Shown here in pieces: positions 30,324 to 41,900 of a DNA stretch of 64,000 bases (the stretch's first letter is position 1; each line of letters opens with the position of its first letter). Source of the DNA: Candidatus Kapaibacterium sp. (lineage in GTDB: Bacteria; Bacteroidota; Ignavibacteria; Kapaibacteriales; UBA2268). Location of the stretch: positions 2,144,001 through 2,208,000 of the forward strand of contig OY762428.1 of assembly GCA_963665665.1 (NCBI GenBank), given 5' to 3'. Under the pieces are notes generated by a model, which was not told the DNA's origin, did no database searches, and saw only the letters and a program-made list of their open reading frames with translations. A program made the position numbers and the translations under genes.

Positions 30324-31100
30324 ATGGAAAAAAAATTAAATATACTGATTGTGGATGATGAACAGATTGTTCTGGATAGTATCAAAAAAATCCTTAAAAA
30401 AGAGAAGTCTTATGAACTTAGTACGGCCCTTTGTGTGGAAGATGCATTGAAAATTATTGATAATTATAATATACAGATTATACTTACCGACCTGATGATG
30501 CCGGATATCGACGGCCTGGAATTTATTAAAATGATAAAGGACAGGGATAAGAATGTAATTATGATAATGATCACCGGATATGCAACAATTAATACTGCAC
30601 TGCAGGCCATGCAGATAGGTGCATTTGACTATATCGCAAAACCTTTTACCAGGGATGAATTGAAAAGTGTGGTGAAAAGAGCTGCCGACCTGGCTGAAAT
30701 CGTTATGAACAAAGGCCGGTCCGATGATGCTAATAAATCGACAGAACAACTATACAGCATTCAGGGAATCGGAAGGTATTCATGGATTATGATGCAGGAA
30801 GACGATACAATAATGATAGGTGTGGAAAGGCCATTCCTGATTAACGTGGGTAGCGTTCAAACACTTTATCTGCCAACTGTGGGGGATGTACTGCGCCAGG
30901 GGTCATCATATTTCCAGGTCTTTTCCAACGACCTTCGCTCCCACTCTCTGTCATCGCCGTTTTCCGGAACTGTTATTGCCGTAAATAAAACAGTTGAAAA
31001 AAATCCTGCACTATTGCAGAAAGACCCGTATGGCGAAGGCTGGCTAATCAGACTAAGGCCATCGAATTTCGAGGAAGAAAGAAAATTGTTGGGATTATAG
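30324..31100 (+). CDS. Response regulator receiver fused to a glycine-cleavage H-like domain
   Basis: REC (ILIVDDE, TDLMMP, ITGY, DYIAKPF) then SPFSGTVIAVN...DPYGEGWLIRLRP. Confidence 0.82.
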   Translation: MEKKLNILIVDDEQIVLDSIKKILKKEKSYELSTALCVEDALKIIDNYNIQIILTDLMMPDIDGLEFIKMIKDRDKNVIMIMITGYATINTALQAMQIGAFDYIAKPFTRDELKSVVKRAADLAEIVMNKGRSDDANKSTEQLYSIQGIGRYSWIMMQEDDTIMIGVERPFLINVGSVQTLYLPTVGDVLRQGSSYFQVFSNDLRSHSLSSPFSGTVIAVNKTVEKNPALLQKDPYGEGWLIRLRPSNFEEERKLLGL

Positions 31101-31349
31101 CTCTCAATTTTGCTAAACTGTTTTTTGTGCTGCTTAGCATGAATTATGGAATTTGAAAACTTAATATAATTATTGCATCCAACCGCTCCTGCCCCTTACC
31201 GAACGGACTAAGATTTTCAGTTCTTTCATTCATCGGGCAGGCAGGCCGATTAAAAAAGATAAACGGCAGGTTAATAAATTTGATAATTATACTAATTAGT
31301 TACATTTACTGAAATAATTTCTAAATATTTGTATTCGGGATAAAGACAA

Positions 31350-32495
31350 ATGGGATCGTCAAAAAATCCACCTTGCGCATTTTGCAAGAGTTCGAAAGTT
31401 ATAAAACACGGAAAAACATCCACAGGTAATCCACGCTTCCGCTGCAGAAGTTGCGGAAAAACATGGGTACTTGAAAAGAACGAACCGGTAAGGCCGGATA
31501 TTGCCGATATTGCAGAAGCATATCTAAACGGCAGAACCTGCCGCGACCTTGTTAATATTTACCATAGCTCGCCACTGAGGATTAATCAGAAGATAAGGGA
31601 ATTCCTTATAGGCTGCCCCCACTGGGAAGATTATATCGACGCCGTTGTAACAAAACATGAACCCAGGATTATCAGCCTGGTGGGCAGAACGTTTTCTTGT
31701 GCCTGTAATGGTTCGAAAAATAATACAATGTTCCTTGCCCTGGCAGTAGATTCGCTTTCCACCTGCGTGCTGGGATATGAGATTGGCAAGGCCGAATCAA
31801 AAAATATTTGGCTGCGCCTGCTTGACAGGCTGAATTGCCGGGGAGTGGTTTGCCCTTCATTCATGAGCAATGGCAGCAAGGGTATAGAAGAAGCCGTTGA
31901 AACCGTATTCCCCTATGCCTCCGTTAAAATCAATTACCAGAGAGCCTACAGGGATAAAGAAATTTCTTGCTGCCTTTTCCGCCTGCCAATAAATAATAAG
32001 CTGATAAACGACGCTGTAAGGGTTTACAACTCCCTTGATAATAAAACTCTGAGCAAATATCTGAAAGTTAAAAAGGAAAGGCGCCTGCAGGATATTTTAT
32101 ACACCTACCAGGAAGACTTTATAAAAAGGGTAAAGGACAGGATTGACCACAAAAGTATGACAAGGATAGAAGGCCTTATCACGGCGTTCCAGGTTCGTTT
32201 CGAGAAATTCCACATGCTGAAGGATGATCCGGTGCCTGTAATTAACGGCTGGATATCACGTGCGATGCTTAGCCGTATGAAAATAGGCTTCAGCAGGCTG
32301 GCCCTGTATTCCCAGCTTCCTACAACAACATCCTTCAAGGGTTTTTCCTGCGGGAACCTGCCAAAAATGATGGACCTTAAGGAAGACAGCCCGCTTCTTA
32401 AAACATTTGTGATCGAGATTGCCGCCCGCGGACTGCAACTGCCGATACTATTCCACAAGTGCGAAATGAAAATTGATAAATGCAGCCTTTTCTGA
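31350..32495 (+). CDS. Transposase-like protein (IS1/InsA-type zinc ribbon + HTH + degenerate DDE-like fold)
   Basis: CAFC...KHGK...RFRCRSCGKT; HTH-like segment; LAVDSLSTCVLGY, MSNGSKGIEEAVETVFP, RIEG resemble IS256/IS6-type cores. Confidence 0.65.
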   Translation: MGSSKNPPCAFCKSSKVIKHGKTSTGNPRFRCRSCGKTWVLEKNEPVRPDIADIAEAYLNGRTCRDLVNIYHSSPLRINQKIREFLIGCPHWEDYIDAVVTKHEPRIISLVGRTFSCACNGSKNNTMFLALAVDSLSTCVLGYEIGKAESKNIWLRLLDRLNCRGVVCPSFMSNGSKGIEEAVETVFPYASVKINYQRAYRDKEISCCLFRLPINNKLINDAVRVYNSLDNKTLSKYLKVKKERRLQDILYTYQEDFIKRVKDRIDHKSMTRIEGLITAFQVRFEKFHMLKDDPVPVINGWISRAMLSRMKIGFSRLALYSQLPTTTSFKGFSCGNLPKMMDLKEDSPLLKTFVIEIAARGLQLPILFHKCEMKIDKCSLF

Positions 32496-32513
32496 GTATA
32501 TATATTTTACTTA

Positions 32514-32534
32514 ACCTGAAGGGTAACCTTCAGG
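32514..32534 (+). terminator. Hairpin after the transposase-like gene
   Basis: CCTGAAGG-gtaa-CCTTCAGG. Confidence 0.5.
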
Positions 32535-32835
32535 CTTCAATATTATCACAAAAAGTGATAATGGGTTTATAAAAAATTGATAATCAGAAATTGCGAATAG
32601 ACAGGCAAAATAATGAAAAATACGATAATATTATTATGTTCCTTTCCGCCGGATTTGTTTACTCCGAAGAATCGATACCACTCGGGACATGCTGCAATGA
32701 TTGATTTATTGGAGTAAAGGGCTTGAATTTACAACAATTAAATACAGAATATATCTTTATACATCCCTGGCTTTTCAAAAAGCTTAATTTTTACTAATTT
32801 ATTTATTTTGAAATTTTCACTTTATCGGAGAAGTT

Positions 32836-35127
32836 ATGAGGAAGTGGATACTGCTTTTTCTTTTACTATCTACATCAATACTCTATTCACAGGATTTCTG
32901 GAGCGAGGTTGAAATGCCACTCGGCAGCCCTTTTAGCAAATATGTTGTAAACAGCGAGGGCGATCTGTTTACAATTGTGGGAAACAACACATTTTATCAA
33001 TTCAAATACAGCGAGGCAGAATGGGTAAAAATAATGGACGGCCTGCCTGAATTTGAAAATAAGCGTATCATGGTTTACATGACAAAAGAGGATATAATAT
33101 ATTTCACAATCGATGAAGATACTTACATCCTGGAAAAAGGTTCACAAAAATGGGTTCAAAGGAGTAATGATTTAAAATATTTCAGATTTTTAAGTGATCT
33201 TGGTAGTAATGTATGGTTCGGATCCGTACAAGTTGAAGAGCAAGAGGACTTTTCTATTGCTCTTTCGTATGACAAAGGTTTAACATGGAATTATATTGAT
33301 AATCCTATAGAACCCGAAACTGAAATTTTCAAAGAGATGCTTTATGTAGATTCAAAATTTATTTTACGGGTATATGTAAAAGGGGAATTTAGTAATTCGG
33401 AGCAACAATATATTTCTTTTGATAGCTGCAAAACCTGGCAAATCTTCTGCAAGGATTTTAAGGATTCGGTTGCTGTTGGAGTTCAATCCGAAGCCAACCT
33501 GTTAATGGATGATGAAGAGAATCTCTTTATGTCGGTAAATACAAAAGATGACAAAATATCATTTTACAAATCCACAGATGTTGGCCTAACCTGGGAGCTT
33601 CTTTGTGATCTGACAACCGATCCGGATGACAACTCCGGCTGGAGCGGGTTGAATATTTTTAGAATTGAGCCTAAAAAGTTCCTGTTCGTTACGGGATTTG
33701 ATAAAACAATTACCAACTATTCAGATGAGTACGATTGTGTTACCCAATTCGGTAATTTAAAATTATCAACATGGCATAAAATATTGTGGGATGGGAATAA
33801 ACAATACTATTTATTTGTTAATTCATACACATCATCAGTCTGTTATAGTTTAGATAATGAGTTGTCAATTTGGAGAAATATTTCCCCGGGAATAAGTTCT
33901 TCTTATTGGGAAGATTTTTGGATTGATGAACATAAACGAATAACATTGCTGGCAATAAGTAATCAATTAGTTACAGCAAATGAATCTGAGAAATATTCAA
34001 TTATTGAAAAACCTGATTCAATGAGATTTAATAATGAAAGAATTCTTCGCAGAAACCTGGTTGTAGAGGATGGAATTTATTACGCCCTTATGAAAAACCA
34101 TTATAATGACAGCACTTCATTCTGGAAATATGAACATGATAAATGAACAAAACTTCAGGATTTTGGCGCAGAGTATCAATCTGCCGGCTTTGTAAAGGAA
34201 TCTAATTCTGTTTATGTGCTGAGATATTTGAATAGTTCCGAGCTAAGCTCTGTTTTAGTTAGTAAGGATAATGGTGAAAACTGGGATATACCAGATGAAT
34301 ATACTGAATTATTCATTTCCTACTTATATTTCTCAGTTGATAATACTCTTTTTGCCCAGAATTTTGTCTGGGATAAAAACAAGCGATATTGCGTAAAATC
34401 AACAGATAATGGCCTGACGTGGAAGAGACTGGAATTCAACGGAGAGGAAATTCTTAGTACTGATATCTGCCGAACCAGATCTGAAAATTTATTTATAATC
34501 AACAATAATGATATAATCAGGTCCAATGACCTTGGGGAATCATGGAGTGTATGTTCAGAAGATAAAAGCTATTTCGGAACGAATTTTAAAGATGTTAGTA
34601 GTATATTCGGAGATGAAACATCTGATCTGGTATATGTCTATGGTAAATCAATCGAGGATCAAAACAAACTTGTAGTTTCCTTTGATGCCGGCAGAACATG
34701 GAAGGATATTACCGTAAATCTGAATGATAATAATTTTACAAGGATTGACCAAATAAGAACAACTTCAGAAAATGAGTGTTATTTGCTTTTGCATGAAGGA
34801 AGTACAGACATGTCTTCAATTGTATATTCCATCCCAATACCTACTGGATGTGATGAACTGGCAATACGGGAAGCAAGTGTTTCAATTTCTCCAAATCCGG
34901 CAGACCGGAATGTTAAAATTAAATATAATCTTTCCGCTCCCGGAAATGTAATTATAGACATATATACTTCCGCAGGAAATCCGGCAGGCAGCTATAATAC
35001 CGGCTGGAAGGATGAAGGCCTTAATAATTATATTGTCCAGCTTTCCGATTTCCCATCCGGAACATATTATTACAAAGTCAGATGTAGCGGCCATGTTATT
35101 GACGGTAGTTTTGTTGTTCGAAAGTAA
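32836..35127 (+). pseudogene. T9SS-secreted BNR/Asp-box beta-propeller protein interrupted by one in-frame TGA (34144-34146)
   Basis: Signal peptide; multiple S-x-D-x-G-x-[TS]-W repeats; CTD SPNPA...PSGTYYY; ORFs 32836-34146 and 34216-35127 are in the same frame with no other stop. Confidence 0.82.
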
Positions 35128-35151
35128 AAACTTGTGTTAAAGGATTAAAAG

Positions 35152-35192
35152 AAAACTCGTCCAACGACTTCAATTCGCCGGACGAGTTTTTT
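35152..35192. terminator. Bidirectional terminator after groL
   Basis: AAAACTCGTCC...GGACGAGTTTT. Confidence 0.7.
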
Positions 35193-35218
35193 TATATTCT
35201 AAGCATTACGGGGGATGA

Positions 35219-36904
<1,686 letters not shown>

Positions 36905-36914
36905 TTATTCCAAA

Positions 36915-37205
36915 TTAGTCATTGATGATAGCGAAAACGTCATTTTCTTTCATCATCATCAGGTCGTCGCCGCCAACACTAACTTCAGTACCGGCATATT
37001 TTCCGTAGAGCACTTTGTCTCCGACTTTAATCTGCAGCGGAAGTGTTTTACCATCTTCAGTGATCCTGCCCGGGCCTACTGCAATTACTTCGCCCTGCTG
37101 GGGTTTTTCTTTTGCTGTATCGGGAATTATGATACCGCCTGTGCTTACTTCTTCCGGCTGTGACGGTTTTACGAGAATCCTGTCGTGCATTGGTGTTAAA
37201 GTCAT
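36915..37205 (-). CDS. groS: Co-chaperonin GroES
   Basis: [34 protein letters not shown]. Confidence 0.98.
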   Translation of the reverse strand: MTLTPMHDRILVKPSQPEEVSTGGIIIPDTAKEKPQQGEVIAVGPGRITEDGKTLPLQIKVGDKVLYGKYAGTEVSVGGDDLMMMKENDVFAIIND

Positions 37206-37263
37206 TTTAAATCCTCCTGAATAAAAGATTTTGTTATATATAAAATGTTGTTGTTTAAAAATA

Positions 37264-37290
37264 TTAGCACTCTCTGATTGCGAGTGCTAA
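37264..37290. promoter_or_regulatory. CIRCE element (HrcA operator)
   Basis: Perfect TTAGCACTC-N9-GAGTGCTAA upstream of groS. Confidence 0.96.
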
Positions 37291-37456
37291 CACTTTGACG
37301 CAAATTTACAAAGTTTATTTTATGTGGAAAAGTTTTTTTTGGATTTCGCCTGCATTAACGCAGTAAAGGAACTAATATTGCTTGCTGCGGGCCTGTTTTC
37401 CGAGTATCTTTGTTAATTATGTGTTGGTGATTTTTAAAAATAATCAAGTTTAAGAA

Positions 37457-38764
37457 ATGAAATTTTTTATCCTCTTAATGATTCCATTATTAGTTATTTC
37501 ATGCGCTGATTATAAATCAGGCGTCAAAAAGCACATCGGTGAAATGCCAAAAATGAACCAAAAGAATTGTGCTGATTTTGAAACATCGGTAGTTTTAGGA
37601 CTTTCTGATTACAAGGACAGCACAAATATTGATGAAGAATCCAGAATGTTGGCACGTGCAATCGGCCAAATAACCGACAATGAATATTACAGGGCAATAC
37701 CAATTCTATGGCAGATTCAGAAAAATCTCCCCGTAGATACAGAACATCCCGCCAAATGGTATGCTTACAGCGCTCTCTACTCCTATTACAGGACAATGGG
37801 CAGAGTTGATTCTATAAATATTCTGAAGAAAAGATGCGTAAAGAAACCGCCGGAATATTGCGATTTCCTGATTCACACTTATGATTCTCTTATAAGTGCC
37901 AACCCCCGATCAATTGATTACCCGTCAGAACCGGATACTCTGAGAGTAGTTAAAGATGATACCGGATGGCCGATTGTAGAGGCAACTGTAAACGGCAAGC
38001 CCTGCCGACTGGTATTCGATACCGGAGCGATGGTAACCATTATAGAAAGAAACCTTGCAAGGGACGCCGGAATAGATCCAATTGCCAATACAAGGCAGGT
38101 TATGGGTTCATCGAATGAAAAAGATACACAGGTGGACGAAAGCTTTGTTTCGGAATTAACCTTCGGGGCTACAACAGTTCACAATCAATTTACAACCATA
38201 GCAATTGATGATGAGATGAAGCAGACATTCCTGTGGTTTTTCACGGTTTTCGATGTAGACGGAATGATCGGGTGGGATGTAATCAGGGATTTGGATATTA
38301 CTTTTAACCTGAAGGACGATATAATTATTATTCGTAAACCGGAAAAAAGAGAAGTGAAGTATAAAAACCTCTACACTCTTTTTCATCCCGTGGCAAAGTG
38401 CACTACCGCCACAGGCTTTGAGCTTAACGCACACATAGATACCGGGGCAAATGCCGCGTCAGTCCATGAGATTATCATGCATTTCCTTGATGATAAAGAA
38501 ACAGACTGGGAATTTTCTTTTACCAGCGGAATAGCCGGATCGGTATGGGAAACAGCTGATTTCCTGCAAAGACTTACAATCTTTCTCGGCGATACCGAAA
38601 TTAAATACGAGGAACTTAGCCTTAAGGAAAATACTGACCAGACACTGAAATTTGATATGATACTCGGCAGCGACATTGGATATGAAGGTTTGCTGCGTAT
38701 TGATAATTTCAACAGCAATATTGAATTAATACCATTTGCAAAAAAGGCAGAAAAAAGTGAATAA
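37457..38764 (+). CDS. Lipoprotein with two retropepsin-like aspartyl protease domains
   Basis: Lipobox VISC; FDTGA...GMIGWD and IDTGA...MILGSD. Confidence 0.8.
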   Translation: MKFFILLMIPLLVISCADYKSGVKKHIGEMPKMNQKNCADFETSVVLGLSDYKDSTNIDEESRMLARAIGQITDNEYYRAIPILWQIQKNLPVDTEHPAKWYAYSALYSYYRTMGRVDSINILKKRCVKKPPEYCDFLIHTYDSLISANPRSIDYPSEPDTLRVVKDDTGWPIVEATVNGKPCRLVFDTGAMVTIIERNLARDAGIDPIANTRQVMGSSNEKDTQVDESFVSELTFGATTVHNQFTTIAIDDEMKQTFLWFFTVFDVDGMIGWDVIRDLDITFNLKDDIIIIRKPEKREVKYKNLYTLFHPVAKCTTATGFELNAHIDTGANAASVHEIIMHFLDDKETDWEFSFTSGIAGSVWETADFLQRLTIFLGDTEIKYEELSLKENTDQTLKFDMILGSDIGYEGLLRIDNFNSNIELIPFAKKAEKSE

Positions 38765-38975
38765 TCATCTCTGTTTTTGATTTGTTCTTTCTTCTGCTGT
38801 TGTCAGAAATGCCCCGATTTTTGTGGATATATCGTGATCCTGCTTGCAAATCCCAACCGATAGCAGAATACATGGGTTAATCGGCAAATACAATAGCAAG
38901 TGGTTCTTATAAATAAAATCGGGCTGATCAGCCCGATTTTTAACTGCAATAATTCGTTGTTCATATAGGTTTGCA

Positions 38976-41900
38976 TCAGCAAAGTTTGTTTATTTCTTCT
39001 TCAAATCTTTTAATTGAAAAAGGTTTTTCCAGCCTGCCATTAAACCCATATTCCCTGTAATTAGCCACAATCGGCTTATCCGAATGGCCGCTAAATACAA
39101 TTACTTTGATTTGCGGGTCAATTTCGCGAAGCTGATTCAAAATTTCAAGTCCTGAGATATTATATCCGACAAGAGTAATATCCAGAATAACTATATCATA
39201 AGGATTATTGTTGTGCTGCCGGCTAAAATCTTCTATTCCTCTTTCAGGATCGTTAAAGCATTTAGCCGAAACATTATCAATACAATCAGCAATTTCTTCA
39301 AAATTGTCTGTAATATTCTTATCATCATCGATAACAAGTATTTTCTTAATTCTTTCCAATTTGTTTTCCTCCTGTTTTGCACTTCTATCCTGTATATCAT
39401 CAGATTTAATAAATGGCAGATATATACTAAATGTAGTTCCTTTCGAAACTTCTGAACTTACCAGGATAGTGCCCCCGTGATTTTTGACTATCTGGTATAC
39501 TGTTGACAGCCCCAGCCCCTGGCCTGTATCTTTGGTTGTGTAGAATGGCGTGAATATTTCTGATAATTTCGATTCCGGAATTCCAATTCCCTCGTCTTCA
39601 AATCTGATATAAATATATTCTCCTGCTTCTAAGCCAATAATATCATTTTCAGATGCATATATTTTTGAAGATCTAATAATGATATTCCCGCCGTTTGGCA
39701 TAGCCTGTGTAGCATTCAGAATTAAATTTGTAAATACTTCGCTCATTTGGTTTTTGTCGATCATTATGTCCGGTAATGTATAGTCAAGTTCCTTTTTTAT
39801 GATTGAACTTGTACCGGTAATGGCAATTTCCGAGGCATCGGTAATAATTTTGTTGATATTATAACTTTGAAGAACAGGAGCGCCGCTTTTTGTAAATGCC
39901 TGGAATCTGGTTGCCAGGGCCGAAGCCTGCTCAACAGATTTTGAAATCCTATCAAGGTGTTTGGCTGTTTTCTTCGGATTCATCTTTGCAATTTCAACCG
40001 AAAGAGACATTGCTGTAAGCATATTCTTGAAATTATGGGCTATACCGCCGGCAAGTATCCCGAGAGATTCAAGTTTCGATACTTTACGTAATTCCTCTTC
40101 TGTTCTTTTTCTTTCTGTAATATTTACGATAACACCCCTGAATCCTGTAATTGAGTTGTTTTGGATAATAGATACCATGTGGAAAAGCATCGGGAAGGTA
40201 GAACCGTCTTTTCTTAACCCCTGGTATTCAAAAGCCCCGGTTTCTTCTCCCAGAATTCTCTTGCTGAATATTTCTTTTGCTCTTAACCTGTCCTTGATAT
40301 CTAAAGTATCGAACCCGTTAATACCTGAATCAATATCAACTTTATCGTAGCCAAAAAGATCCATTGCTGTTTTGTTTGCATAGGTTATTGTCATATCAGA
40401 TGTAGCTTCGAATATTGCCTCGGGAAGCATATCTGCCATTTCCCTGAAACGCTTTTCGCTTTCTTCAAGGGCTAACTGTGCTTTCTTCTTATCAGTAATA
40501 TCCTGGAAAAGGCATGCAAACTGCATAGGTGCAGGCCTGAATGCAGTAACCTCAAAATATTTATCAATAGCAGAGGCATAGTTTTCAAAGAAAATCGGCT
40601 TTCCTGTCAATGCTACTTTTCCGTATTGATCAATCCAATACTTTTCCGTTCCCGGCATAACTTCCAGAACGGTTTTACCAACAATGTCTCTGCTAAGCCC
40701 GGTTTGCTTTTCGAATGCCGGGTTAATATCCAGGAATCTGTAATCTATAGGTAGGCCATTATTATCACAGATAATTTCATGCAGGGCAAAGCCGTCCAGC
40801 ATTTCATTAAACAGCATTTTGTATTTCTGTTCAGCCATTCTCAGGCCGGTAATATCTCTTGCTATTGTCAAAACAGAGATAACTTCATTCTTTTCATCGA
40901 ATTCGGGAATTAGCCGCCAGTTAAATATTATGGTTTTATTATTATATTCAAGCTCAAACTCAGTTTCTATCGGTTTCAAACCTTTGAAGGTCTTTTCAAT
41001 AGCTTTTTCCCAGATATTACTTTGTTCCTCAGAAAATCCGAGTTCCCTGTGAGTTTTCCCGATAAATTCTTTTGACTCCATGGAAACAACAGAAATTACA
41101 TTTTCGGAAACGAAAATATGATGAAAGTTTCGGTCGAATCTCATGATAATATCAGGAAGCCCGTCAACCAGGTTCCTGTAAATTTCCCTGCTTTGGCGAA
41201 TTTTTTCCTCAGCTTCTTTTCTATCGCTGATGTCTCTTAAAGTTCCGGTAAAATGCCCGGTATTCTTGTCGTAGAAAGATCTTATTTCCAGGGTTTTGTT
41301 ATTAAATTCAAGTTCGAATGCATTTAAAGAATTACCCTTATTGGCAAATACTACTTTTTTCATCAATCCGGGTAATTTTTTCGGGGAGATTAGTCTTTTT
41401 ATCAATCCAAAAACATTTTTATTTATCAGTTCTTCACTTTTTAATCCGGTTAACTTAATTAAAGCATCATTAACATGGATTACTCTCATTTTTTTATTTA
41501 CATATATCAATCCGTCCTGCACTGAGCTTACTATTTCCCGGAAGCGTGCTTCCTTTTCCTCAATAAGTTTCCTGTTTTTTATCTTTTCAGTAATGTCCTC
41601 GGCAATAGAAAGAAGCCTGCTTTTTCCTCCGAACTCAATTATTTCGGCATTATATGAAGCTATCAACTCACTTCCGTCTTTTCTTTTCAGATTCAGCTCC
41701 ATGCCTTTAATCATGCCTCTGTTTTTTATTGTTGATCTTAGCAGGTCTCGGGAATATCCTGAAACGAAACCGATTTCCACTGATGTTTTTCCGATTGCAT
41801 CCTCTCTTGTATATCCGCTGACCTCAATAAATTTCTCGTTAATATCAATATATTTGCCCGTTTCAATTTCGCTGATCGTCATAAGAAGTGGGCTGTTTTC

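Noticed and set aside
31180-31270. CCTGCCC/GGGCAGG stem as an IS end or riboswitch
   Set aside because: No counterpart downstream of the gene and no known riboswitch motif; support is too weak.
15356-34146. Genome-wide UGA=Trp recoding or selenocysteine
   Set aside because: Several full-length conserved genes (hutU, znuC, tetR) end in TGA, and the interrupted positions look like Trp sites rather than Cys.
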